Made by a program: the position numbers and the translations under genes
Source of the DNA: the human T2T-CHM13v2.0 reference genome, Homo sapiens
NCBI RefSeq assembly: GCF_009914755.1
Contig: NC_060925.1
Direction: 5' to 3' (one strand)
Length of the DNA stretch: 64,000 nt
Notes under the pieces: model-generated
Database searches by the model: none
Told to the model about the DNA's origin: nothing
What the model saw: the letters and a program-made list of their open reading frames with translations, nothing else
Part shown: positions 1 to 16,379 of the stretch, piece after piece
How positions within the stretch are numbered: the stretch's first letter is position 1
Layout of the letters: each line of letters opens with the position of its first letter

Positions 1-3690
<3,690 letters not shown>

Positions 3691-5004
3691 CTGCTTTTTA
3701 AGTGGAAGTGTGTTTTTGTTTGTTTATTGCTGCTGAGTGGTAGCAGTACTTTAAATATTTTGTCTCTTAACCCTTTATCAGGCATATAGTTTTAAAATGT
3801 TTTCCTTTTTTTTCTATTTTTTGAAATTGCAGTGCTTAGAATAAATCTTGAGTAGAATCTAACGTGTTATTTGGGCACATTTTTGCTTTAGGAGCTTCAG
3901 ATTTTAAACTTATATACAAAATAAGGTAAAAATTATCAGTTGAGTATATTTAATTAAAAAATAATTATTGATTATCTACTGTATAAAGTCACTACCTTGC
4001 GATTGGGAATAGAAAACAGTGAGCAGAGAGTAATGAGACAAACTGTCTGTCCTTAAGGACCTTACAATTCAATGGAGGAGGGAGAAATTAAATAAGAAAC
4101 CAGAAAAATATAATTAACATAAAACAGAGGCATGTTGAATTGGGAATAAATCAGAACGAGAAATTAATTCCTCCAGAGAGAACGAAGTTTCCCAAATAAG
4201 ACTGATTCATGAGTTCTCCTTCAATATCCCAAGATCTAAAACTATCGAAGTGTAAGAATTCAGAGAAGGGTGGGCTGAGAGCGCAAGATCCATGGGGTAT
4301 ATGGTAAGAAATAACTCTGGAAAGGCAGTTTGGGATTAGATCATGAAGTCTTGGGCTCTTGAATAAGGAGTTTATACTTTATTCTAATCACAGCACAGAG
4401 ACTTGTGAGGAAGTGAGTGACATGAGCTGATTACCAGTTTGGGGACTGAGTGATAGAATGGATGGGAGTTTGTGTCATAAAGTAAATTTAATTAGGGCTT
4501 ATCCATTTATTTATTCCACAGACATTTATTGAGCACCCACTAGTTGCTGGTGATACTCAATTTAATAAGACATAGCTTCTGCCATTGAGAAGCTTCTGAC
4601 CTAGTTAAGGAGATAGTATCATGTAGTCACTGCCATGATAGTGGTAGCACAGGGTAGATTTAAACTGACTCACAGAAAGGCTAATTTGCCCAAGGTCACA
4701 CCACTAAGCCAGTTGCATAGGTAAGCCATGAACTCAGCAGTGCACTTCAGGGTCTATGAGCTTACCTACTCAGGTAAGCTAGATTCAGAGACATATATTT
4801 GGATGTGAGATATGGTGAAATCAATGACTTTACCTGGTCACTCTGACCTTATACCCTGATCTGAGAAGTATGATTTTATACATGTGCCTTCACCTACTCT
4901 GTTTATGCAAACTTGGGGTAGCAGGATACATAAAAGAGCTAACCAAGAGATCAGAATCCCTGGTTCTGAGTCTAGTTTGCATCTTTCTACCTACAACTAC
5001 TGCT

Positions 5005-5400
5005 ACTCATTACTTCATTCATTCCACAAATATCTTAAGCCCCTAGTGTTCCAGGCACTTTCCCAGGTACGCAGAATGTAGCAATGAATCAGAAAGATGC
5101 AGCTCCTGCCTTTTCTGGACCTTACACTTTGCTGAGAAAAGTGAGACGTGACACGTACCCACAGAAACAAAGAAGCAAGGTCATTTCATAGCGAGATGAG
5201 TGCTATGAAGATGATGAAGCAGGGAAACAGGGGAGAGAGTGAAAACTGCAGGGGCGGGAGATGCAACTTCAGTGGGCAGTTGAGGAAAGCTCTTCTGCAG
5301 TGTGTCATTGGTGCTGAGGCCACAGGGACCTGGAGGAGCCAAGCTAGGCTAAGCTTTACGGGACAGTGAGCACACCATGGCCAAGTGTCTGGATGTGTGA
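5005..5400 (-). mobile_element. L2 fragment (further L2/MIR relics at about 3960-4770)
   Basis: Typical L2 3'-end antisense text (cattcattccacaaatat...gtgttccaggcact...); degenerate. Confidence 0.55.
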
Positions 5401-6761
5401 TTAAATTGCTGAGGCAGGATAGGGTCATGAGAGAAAATGAATGGGTGGCAAGAATGGGCCAACTTCTGGGGAAGATGTCTTCATTGTCCTACTAGCCAAA
5501 AAATGTGCTTTGACCTTCCTTCCTCACATTCCCAGCAGCAATTTCTCACCACCAGAGCCAGTGCCTATGAATTGCTGTGCCTTAGTAAGCGTCAAGTCAT
5601 CTCTGATTATCAGCTCTCTGCTTTAGTCACTTGACCCTTTTTCACCAGAATGTCTATGGCAGTACATTTTCAAATTGCCCTTTTCTCCCCCCAGGGATGG
5701 AGGCACAAAATACCAGGAAGGAAACAGATTCTGCCAGTTACAGAGTATTGACAACACTCTGTCACTCCGAAAAGGCAGACTCAACTCCAGAAAAGTGAGT
5801 CTGTCCACAGTTTCAAGTTTCAGTTCTGTTATGTCGTCTCACCACTGGCCAATTTTATGCCAATAAAAAGTGGATTGGCTTTACTGAGTACTTCTACCGT
5901 AAATCTAAGCAAATCAGAATTTAAAATATAGAAAAAGGAGACTTACAGCATAGGGGAGATAAATAAATCCAGGGTGGCAGGAGTGTGGGCTTGAACACAC
6001 CAAACCATTATCTTACTTTCAATTTTGCAGAAAGTTGGCAGGTGCTGAGGGAAGAGGTGCTGAGCAGCTTCTCAGGGGAACACATCTTCCTGAAAGGCCT
6101 CCTGCCATTCCTGGGTATGCCCTGAATGAGCTGGCTGTGGAGACACAGACTGTCTGTGGTTCTTAAAAACCTCAACGCAGTTTTCAAAAGGGAAGGGAGT
6201 CCCTCCCAGGTCTTAAACAAATTTTGACTGACATTCAAATGTTTTATGCCTTTCTAACACACAGAGGGTCAAATTACCTCCTTTTCCCACAGGCTTTCAA
6301 ATGGTCATCTTTAGTGTCTTAACAAAACAGTTGTGCATAGCCCAAGCCAATTTTATAAGTAGCAGTGTGGCTCTGTTAGAGTATAACATCCCTGACCATC
6401 CAGCTGCAGAATTACACACAGGACACTAAAAGTGTGGAAAATACTGGACTGTAACCCTCCCTTCCCTGTCTCTTTATTCCAGCCAACTCAGATCACCTCT
6501 TGGTTGCAGCTTGGAATTTTTGGGAGGTGAGGGGTGGGGTGAAAGAGAGAAACTTTTATTTATAATGAGACTTAAGGTTTAATGTGGAGTAGGAACACTA
6601 ACTTCAAACATATCAGTTAACTATGTAATGTTTTTGATGAGGAAGAGGCTTTGAGAGAGGAGGAGGAAGAGAGGACAGAAGGACCCAAGTGGTGAAATAG
6701 GCCCTAATAAGCAGGAGGTGACGAGAAGCTGAAGATCCAGAATATACAGTCTTTCCACTTC

Positions 6762-6826
6762 AGAATTCTACCTGTTTGTAAACAGAAGAATTCTACCTGT
6801 TTGTAAACAGAACAGAATTCTGTTCT
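6762..6826. repeat. Perfect 25-bp tandem duplication followed by an 18-bp palindrome
   Basis: AGAATTCTACCTGTTTGTAAACAGA at 6762-6786 and 6787-6811; palindrome AGAACAGAATTCTGTTCT at 6809-6826. Confidence 0.95.
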
Positions 6827-7934
6827 ACCCCTTCTTGCTAGGCAGAAAGATCCTACTTAGTTTCCCTCCCTTATGTTTTTGTGTGGTCAAACCTCTGCCT
6901 CGAGAATGAAAACCAGTATTTCATTCTAAACTCCTTAGAAACAGTTTTATCTATATAACTCAGCCCAAGATCGTTGGGTCAGTGATACTGAGCTTCCTGC
7001 TCACACTTCAAGATACCTAATAAATGCTTGTTTGCTAATGAATACAAGGAAAAGGTCTGAGTATAGGTGTTGAGACTATCAAAAACTGATTCAGAGTTTT
7101 GAGCTAAGTACTTGTTAGGAGCAATACTATGCCTGTCTTACTTGTAGTATCTTGCCTTTCCAGAGTGATATTTTGATTGTTTTCATTTTGTACCACATTA
7201 ATTTGTTTGGGTAATATTTATACATATCATGTTATTGGTGAAAAGAATAAGAGATACTCAACCTTTCTGAATTATAAAATCAATTAATGAGAATATGGCT
7301 AAGTAAAGTTGAGATGTTAAAACTTCTTTAGACAATACGTCAGGTTCATTTCTTTCAGAATATCTGCTGTTAGCATGGTGCCTTGATTTAGTGGCCTGAT
7401 TAGATTCCCCCAGTATCTTACCTTCTCCCTAGCTGGCTGTCCTAGCCTGACCTTTTAAGTCCTGTATTCTCAGTCCTCTTAAGTTAACAGGGGGGTCCCT
7501 CAGTCTTCTTTGTCTTATGTTTCTATTGACAAAAAGTATTCCCCATGCTGAAGTCTTTCACATTTTTTTTACTGTAGTTCAGGAAATAGAAATGTAACAT
7601 GGTCAGTGGCATTGGCTATCTTCCTACTGACCTAGAGAATAACTACTTTCCCAAGGGTGTCATCAGATATGAATGTGCCAGGCTAAGCTAAGATCCTGTG
7701 CCTACCAAAACTGTTATGTGGCATTAATCATTTCTGAAAGTGTAAGTAGATCTTTCAGCCAGGACAAGTGCCAACTGACCCAAGTGCCAATACCTTTTGA
7801 AGGAGTCTATGAAAAGTATTAAAATTCAAGTGGTCACTGATGAAACTCCAAATAAAGCCAGCATGAAAAGTCTTTAAAATTTACCAGTACTTCCTACAGG
7901 CAGGAAAAAGAATGTTCAAACCTGCAAGAAAATG

Positions 7935-8353
7935 CTTTTCTATTTTGTTTTTATTTTTTAAGGTACAAGTGACAAACGTATTCCTTCGTGATTATTAAAG
8001 TTTTCTCTAATGTATTTCAGTAATGGAAGGCTGTTATTTGACTTGATTCCACTGTTGGTTTTGGTTTGAGCCCTGCACACTCCTTTCCCTTTCACCTCAA
8101 AGGGAGCTCCTTGGTATGGAGCCACACACTCATTAATAGTGTTAAGATCAGGTTGGATCTGCTCCCAAATCCTCTCCTTATGATTCAGCTCCTTGTTGGG
8201 CTCTCCAGGGAAAGCATCAAAAGTAATTCTGTCTCCAGGAATGGGCCCATTAGGAGGAGCCAAGTTTTCAACTTTCTATGGTGAACAAGCACATATCACT
8301 ATTGCTTGAGATAATACTCACCTTGTGTTTGCAGGTTTCAGGTTTCAAAGTAA
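7935..8353 (-). pseudogene. AIMP1: Processed, 5'-truncated pseudogene of AIMP1 (p43/EMAP-II C-terminal domain); possibly AIMP1P2
   Basis: Minus-strand translation LL*NLKPANTR*VLSQAIVICACSP*KVENLAPPNGPIPGDRITFDAFPGEPNKELNHKERIWEQIQPDLNTINECVAPYQGAPFEVKGKGVCRAQTKTNSGIK matches the AIMP1 C-terminus. It has three in-frame stops and no intron, then a short 3'UTR and a degenerate poly(A) (T-rich 7935-7958 on +). Confidence 0.93.
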
Positions 8354-9329
8354 CCTCTCTAGATTGGGAGCTGTGGGAAGAAGGAGCTTATGCTTTCTTG
8401 TTTGCACATCGCCCAGGATAATAGAGATTCTGTAACACAGAGCTGGGGTGAGGATAGGAGTCAGTAATAGAGTGGAGATTGGCTCAAATGCTTCAGACTC
8501 TCACAGTTCTTATCAATAATTTTTTTTCTTAAATGAATGTTTTTCAATTTGCTGGATAGCCTTAGGACAATTTCCAGAGATTTTAAGTGACTGTGGGTTT
8601 TTAAAAATGCTTCTTCACTAGATAGATGCCTTCCTGTTGGGAACAGATTTCCCTATCATTCTATACTTGGTCCTTGTCATATTTTTAAATTAAATAAATG
8701 TGTTATTAATTCTCTGTTATTAATAATAATATTCATGAGTAAGTAACTTCTCTGTGCCTCTTTGGAGTGGCAATTTTGTTTGCCTTGTAAAGCTGTCTGT
8801 CTAACCTAGGAAAAACTGATCAAATGTGTACTGATTTAATAGTGAGGGAGTAGCAACAAAGAAATGCTAAATTTTTTAGAACTATGAATTTTGTCAAATA
8901 GCCCAGCCTCTTGGACTGTACTGTACTTCATTTTTTGAAATGAACATGATAATCTTGAGCTTATCAAAATGTTAGTGAGAAAAACTAATTGTGAAGTCAA
9001 TTAAAATAGGGTCATTGAAAGATGATAGAGTCCATTCAGAGTGACTTAGGTTCAAAACCTGGGATTTGTCACCGACTGTGAGCATTTTGTCAAGTTACTT
9101 TACCTTTTCAGGCCTCAGTTTCCCTATATATAAGAAGAGAATAATGGCATCTATCTCAATCAAATATTGCTATTAAATGAAATAATTTATACAAATGCTT
9201 AGTATGTTGCTTTCCAGGGTAGGGTAAATGTTGTAAAGTATTACTATGTGTATTATTATAATATGTTATTAAGACTAATATTAAGAATAATAAATCATTT
9301 AGGCAGAAAATCATACAAGTACCCCAGCT

Positions 9330-9905
9330 CTATCAATTAAGATGCTTTGGCTGCAAGTAGCAGAAAATCAACTCAAAGTTTCTTTCTTATAAGAAGTCCA
9401 AAGGTGAAGGAGTTTCAGGGTTGGTTACACTAATGACTCAGAATTGTTATCAAGCACCCATGTTTACTCAGTCTTTCAGTTATGTTATCCTCAGAGTTTT
9501 CCTTGTTGTATAGGATAAATTCTTTTCAAGCCCAAGATGGCAGCTACAGTTCCAGGTATCACAATAGGTTGCAATGTCCATGGGCTGAGAAGGAAATGTC
9601 TTCGTCTTTGGTTCTTCCTTAAGAACAAAGATAACTCTTCCAAAAAGTCCCTAGGAGCCTTTTTGTCCATTTTCATAAGGCAAAATTGTGTCATATGCCC
9701 CTTCTTAATCCATAATTGACAAGGGAATTTGGATGAACCATGTTGGCTTAATGAAATTAATAAAGATTCACCTTTCTCCTTCAGGGATAGATAGATGCTC
9801 AGCCTCCATAAAGCAGCTAGTGTTCTAATATCTGAACACAATTGGGTTTCTAAGAGCACAAAAGGGAAGAAGAGATTTGGGTAGACAAGGTACAGAATTT
9901 ACTAC
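9330..9905 (-). mobile_element. Old MaLR LTR (MLT1K/L-like)
   Basis: Begins tatcaattaagatgctttggctgcaagtagcagaaaa and contains aagatggcagctacagttcc, as in old MLT1 LTRs. Confidence 0.6.
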
Positions 9906-10002
9906 ATCTGGGCTAGAGATTAGAGGACTCAGAGATGAGTAAAATGCCTTATCTTCAAGGAAATTCTAGTTTATTAATAATATTATTACTACAATTATCC
10001 AT

Positions 10003-12180
10003 TCCGTTAGTCCATTTGTGTTGCTATGAAGGAATACCTGAGGCTGAGTAATTTATAAAGAAAAGAGGTTTATATGGCTCACAGTTCTGCAGGCTGTACA
10101 ACAGCATGGCATCAGCATCTGCTTCTGGTGAGGCCTCAGGAAAGTTATAATCATGGCAGAAGATGAAGCGGGGAGCTGGAGTATCACATGGCAATAGTGA
10201 GCGAGAGAGAGAGAGGTGCCAAAGTCTTCCCTTCCCAAAAGTTCCCCCAAAGTCTTAACTCATCCCATCATTAACTCAGTAGTCCAAAGTCTCATTTGAG
10301 ACTCAAAGTAAGTTCCTCCAGCTATGAGCCTCTAAAATTAAAAAAAAACAAGTTATATATTTCCAAGACAAAACAATTGTATGTGCATTGGTAAAATAAT
10401 CCCATTTCAAAAGGGAGAAATTGGACAAAAGAGAAGGACAACAGGCCCCACACAAGTCCAAAACCCAGCAGGGCAGACATTAAATCTTAAAGCTCTAATA
10501 TCATCTTTGCCTCCATGTCCCACATCCTGGGCACACTGGTGCAGGGAGTAGGACATGGCCTTGGGCAGCTCTGCTCTTTGAGTTTGCCAGGTGCAGCCTC
10601 TATGGCTGCTTTCATGGGTTGGAGTCCAATGCCTGTGGCTTTTCCATACTCAGGATGCAAGCTACAGGTGGATCTACCATTCTGGGGTCTGGAAGGCAGT
10701 GGCCCCCTTCCCACAGCTCCACTAGGCAGTGCCTCAATTGGCACTCTGTGTGGGGCTGCAACCCCACATTTCCCCTAAGTACTGCCCTAATAGAGGCACT
10801 CTGGGGGCACCCTGCCCCTGAGGTAGGCTTCTGCTTGGACACAAAGCTTTCCAATATATCCTCTGAAATCTAGGTGGAAACTGGCAACCTTTCTTCACTC
10901 TTGTATTCTGGCACTTGCAGGCTTAACATTTCCTGGAAACCACCAAGGCTTATGGCTGAGCCTTCCATAGGGTTAGCCCGAGCTCTACCTGGGGCCGTTT
11001 GAGCCTTGGCTGTAGCATAAGCAGCCAGGAGGTGGGGAATGGCCTTCCAAGGTGGCACAGGGCAGCAGTGCCCTGAATCTGGCCACTGAAACCATTCTGT
11101 CTTCTGGGCTTGCAATGAGAGGGGCTACATTGAAGATCTTTTTCCCATTGTCTTGGCTATTAGCACTTGACTCCCTTTTAATCATGCAAATCTCTCTAAC
11201 AAGTGGTTGCTTTGCAGGCCTCTTGAATTATTTCCTTGAAAACACTATTTCCTTCTTTACTACATGGTCAGACCACACATTTTCCAATTTTTTATGCTCT
11301 GCTTCCCTTTGAAATATAAGTTCCAACTTTAAGTCTTTCTTTTGCTCTTGTATCTGACTGTAGGCTGTTAGAAGTAACCACACCACTTCTAGAATGCTTT
11401 GCTGCTTAGAAATTTATTCCGCAAAATATCCTAGGTCATCACTCTTAAGTTCAGCCATCCCCCAAAACTGAAGGGCATGGACAAAATGCAGTCAAGTTCT
11501 TTGCTGGGGTGTAACATGGGTGACCTTTGCTCCATGGCTGATAACCTCCTTATTTCTATCTGAGATCTCATCAGTCTGGCCTTCATTGTCCATATTTGTA
11601 TCAGCATTTTCTTACAACCACCTAACAATTCTCTAGGAAGTTTCAAACTTTCCCTCATCTTCCTTTCTTCTTCTGAGTTCTTCAAATTCTTCCAATCTCT
11701 GCCTGTTACCCAGTTCTAAAGCTGCTTCTACATTTTCAAGTCTCTTCATAGCAATGCCCCACTCATAAGTACCAATTTTTTGTGTTAGCCCATTTGCATT
11801 TCTATAAAGGAATACCTGAGACTGGGTAATTTATAAATAATGTAGGTTGATTTTGGCTGATGGTTCTGCAGGCTGTACAGGAAGCATGGCACCAGTGTCT
11901 GCTCCTAGTGATGGCCTCAGAAAGCTTACAATCATGGCAGAAGGCACAAGGGGAGCCAGTATGTCACATGGCAAGAGAGGGAGAAAGAGAGAGAGAGAGA
12001 GATAGGTGCCAGGCTCTTTCAAACAACCAGCTCCCACATGAACTCATTACTGCAGGAAGGTCATCAAGCCATTCATGAAGCCCCCCATGATCCAAACACC
12101 TCCCACCAGGCTGTATCTCCAAGATTAGGAATTACATTTAAACATGCGATTTGGAGATAACAAACATCCAAACTATATCA
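10003..12180 (-). mobile_element. MSTB-type MaLR: partial LTR (10003-~10225), MST-int, complete LTR (11781-12180)
   Basis: Two homologous LTRs (...aaggaatacctgag...aatttataaa...) flank a ~1.5-kb MaLR internal sequence. 5-bp TSD TCCAT at 9998-10002 and 12181-12185. Confidence 0.9.
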
Positions 12181-13114
12181 TCCATGATAGCTAGTGCATT
12201 GCCCTATCAATGTCTTAAAAGCCATGGGTTTAAAAGAAAATGAGACATTAGCCAAGCTTGTTGACTTTCATAAAAACTCATCTCATTTCCCTAATTTGAC
12301 CAAGACATTCTGTTTAGCCAGAACTTCTGATCTAACCAACCAAACTAGCTAAAAACAACAAAGAGAAATTTGTAAACTGTCCCCTAATGCTGGGAAGTTG
12401 TTACCAATACCTAGAAAAGTTATGTTTATCTTATCTGTAAAAAATAAAATTCATGTTGATTTGAAGCATCATTTATTGATATTCTTAACTGTTTTGAAGA
12501 TGCACTCAAGTTCTATCTAGTGACTCAGACCTTCCAAGTTTCTGTCCACTCTGTGACACACTCTATCGGGGGGCATCTGAAAGTTTTGCAGAAAATAATA
12601 ACGTAGATTTGGTTTTGTTTTGAAGAAACACCTCAGAAAATCTATTCTTGACTAGAGTTGAGGGTAAAACATACAATTTAAAGTGGTTTTAATCTTAGGA
12701 TTTCATACTTGGTAGTAGGGTAGAGGGAGAAGTACCAAAGTCTGTATTTATTAAGTATATATTATTTGTTCATATGTCCTATGCTTATTCATTTAACAAA
12801 TACACATCTAATAATCTAACATGCTGTATGTTTTAGTAGACAATTATAAACCCCACAAAGGAAAAGCTCTTCAAGGACCTTAATACAAACATATCATTAT
12901 AATACAAAAAAACAAAATGATAAAACAATTCCTACTCTAGGACTTCTGCAGAAGGAAAACAAAAAGACAAAAAAATCAAGGTACACAACAAAAGAAGATA
13001 ATGACAGGTACACACATAACATTACATTAGCACACACACATAGACACATATTCATCAAATATATATTGGGTCCTTGCTACACATAAGAAATTATGCTGAA
13101 AAGATACAAAAGTA

Positions 13115-13454
<340 letters not shown>

Positions 13455-13549
13455 CTATGCTCAGAAAATTTATAAGATGCTAAGAGAGATAATAGGCACT
13501 CTCAAAGTATTACAAACTAAAAAGAAAGAGAACTAACAATTTCTAATAA

Positions 13550-13780
13550 TGATAACAAACACATACATAGTGGTTATTGTCTCAGAAACTGCTCTAAGCA
13601 CTTTACAAATATTAATTCATGTAAACTTTCCAAGCTTCCACTAAAGTAAGTAATATTATTATACCATGTTACAGAGGAGGAAACTGAGACACAGAAAACT
13701 TTGCCCAAGGTTGTGTAGCTAGAAAGTGGTAGAGCTGGGATTCTAACCCAGGAAATGTGACTCCAGAGTCTATGCTATAC
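13550..13780 (-). mobile_element. MIR (further MIRs at about 14130-14300 and 14380-14570)
   Basis: MIR core ttacagaggaggaaactgagacacaga...ttgcccaaggt...gagctgggattctaacccagg. Confidence 0.75.
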
Positions 13781-14699
13781 ATGGTGATGCATGGTTATGT
13801 GTAAGGTAACTTCACAGGTTTTATATAGGAGAGAATAAAACATAGAATTTGGCATTATAAAAAAATAAAAAATATTATGAGACTTCAGATAAATGAGATA
13901 TTATTTCTTGCTTGAGTGGTAAAATAATGCCTTTCTGGACAAGATAGTATTTGGAAATTATGGAGGATTTAGGCATGAAGTAATCAGGCAGGGACAGCCT
14001 TTGGGAGAGAGTAGGAGAGTTGGAAAAGCATTGAGTATATTAAGGAAATGAAGATTTTTTCCAGTTTAGTTGGAATATAGTTGTGTGTAGGAGATTAACT
14101 CAAGATAAGGCTGGAAAGTAGAATCCTAAACTGTTAGAACTGGCAGATGCCCTAAACATCATGTAGTGTTGCTCCTTGTTTTACTGACAAAGAAAATGAG
14201 GCCCAGAGATGGAATGACTGGGCATGATTCCAGTGGGGCTTTGGGTGGCATCTTCAGGACTGAAACTCTGCTCTTCCAACTCCCAGGCTAAGGGTTTTCA
14301 TATTACACTGGATCAGATCATGGAGAGCCATATATATCTAAACAATGATAAAGTACTAAAGGATTTTGAGATAGGAAGGAGAAACTGGATTTGAATTCTA
14401 ACTTCTTAACCTGCTAGTTGTTTAATTTGGGGTGGCGGGGGGGATGGGGATTTTACCTAACTTCTTTAAACTCAGTATCTTCATCTGTAAAATAGGTATG
14501 ATAAAATGCCTAACTTGTAAGATTGCCACGACAAGTCAGTAAGATGCTTTGCACATAGTAGATGCTAAATAAATAGTAAAATCAATTTTTTTTCTTCTCC
14601 TTCTCTTTTCCTGTCTTTATTTTTTTTGGGGGGCGGGGTAAGCTTTCCATTCTTTCCATTCCTCCTCTTTCTCTTTTTCTTCCTCTATCAAATGGAAAG

Positions 14700-15121
14700 G
14701 TGAGGAAAGGCAGACATTGGCCCATTCCACCCCCACCTGCAGTGTGCTCCTCCTGTCCAGGATCTGCATTTCTTGGCCTGAAGGTTTCTAAGCCTTTGGG
14801 AGGATGCTTTACCTAGGTTTGTGTCAGGACAGAAGTCCCAGAATGTCTATTCACCCCCTAGAAGAGCCCTCAAACAATGACGGAAGAAATTTGGTGTATA
14901 CATTCCTCCCTGGACACACAGTAAGATTCCTCTGTGGCAGCTCCCAGGCTGGTTCCTGGGGCTTTCCACAGGATTACTCTTTGGTCTGCTCCATTGTAGT
15001 AACCCTTGGTTGCTCCCCTTTCCTGTCTCACTTCTCCACTCCCCTGATGACTTTCCAAATAAACTATCAGTATGTGAATCTTTGTCTCAGTGTCTTCTTT
15101 TAGGGGATCCCATGCTAAGAA
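14700..15121 (+). mobile_element. ERVL LTR16-like solo LTR
   Basis: 3' end caaataaactatc...aatctttgtctcagtgtcttcttttaggggatccc..ctaaga resembles the LTR16 terminus with its AATAAA. Confidence 0.6.
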
Positions 15122-16379
15122 GGAATGGGTTCATAAATGATGGAACCAGGCTCTAGAAAATCAGGGAGGAATGAAAATAGAAGCATATATTGAGGGACTA
15201 CTCCAGGGGAAGAGGAAGGATGTTTCACAGAGTTGGAAAGAGCAGTCTATTGATGGCCAAGCTAGCTGCCTTGCCTATGTCATCCTGCCCTCTCTGAGTT
15301 TTTCTTTTTTCATTCCAGGCCTAACCAACATAATCTCAGAATTCTCATTATCAGGTCTACTGGAAAATCCTGTATGGCAAGGCTGTTGGGCTGTCCTTTC
15401 CTTTCCAAGGCTGATGATATCTCTGGCTTTCTTGATAGCTGACTGAGGAGGAGGAAGCCACCAGTGCTAACATGCACTGTGATTCTGGGAAGAAGGGTAT
15501 TCCCAAAGCACAGAGACACCAATAACTGTCATTTTCAGAATTACTGTGATGGTGCTGGTGGTGAAGGTAACCCAGAATAGTTGCCTGCATATTTAAAGGA
15601 CAATGAGGTTTCTGGAACCATGGAGATGGGCCTGGGCCAGGAATAGTCTTTTTCCTGAAACGACATGAGCTTTGCCAACAAAAACACAGAACTCTGGTAG
15701 CTTAGCCTTATTCTTGCACCAAGGAGAGTAAGGCTGGTCTTTGGCTCTTTGCCTGCTGGTGTTTGGCTCCTTGCCTGTTGATGTATCCTTATCCTAATTA
15801 GACCTTCTTTATGCTACAAGGCAGAATCCCAGAGAGGAGGCTGTGCATGAGGTGGGGTTGGGGCTGAGTGGGGGGAAGGTGTCTTTAGTAGACTCCTGTG
15901 AAAATATCTTTAAAAGTCTAGAGAACAAGGAGAGTAAAGCTGACTAACATTCAAAAGGACCTCCTAGCATTCCAAGTAAACAGAAACATCCAGATTTCAG
16001 TAAAGATTAAGACGAGACTTTCTGATAAGATTTGATACGTCGAGATCACCTTTGTGGCCAGATAACAATAAAACTCTTTTCCTGCAGTAAACTAACTACC
16101 TAGGCTACACAAATAATGTGAGAAATAGTTTCCAAAAATAAATAAAAATACTAAAATATAAATTAACATTTACAAAGAACTGCAACCAAATGACCATTAA
16201 ACAAATACTTTCTGAAGAAAAGATGTAAAATGAATCAAAACATAAAAATTATAAAACAGTCTTATGATCTTATGATATACATAAATTACCTTTATGTTTA
16301 AAAAATCAGTAACTGGAAAGTTGTTATTTTCTGCCAATTTGTGATTTTAACCAATTTGTTTTGGTTTGTAAAGAAAGGG

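Noticed and set aside
10487-12078. Cluster of short ORFs on both strands
   Set aside because: All lie within the MSTB LTR/internal sequence.
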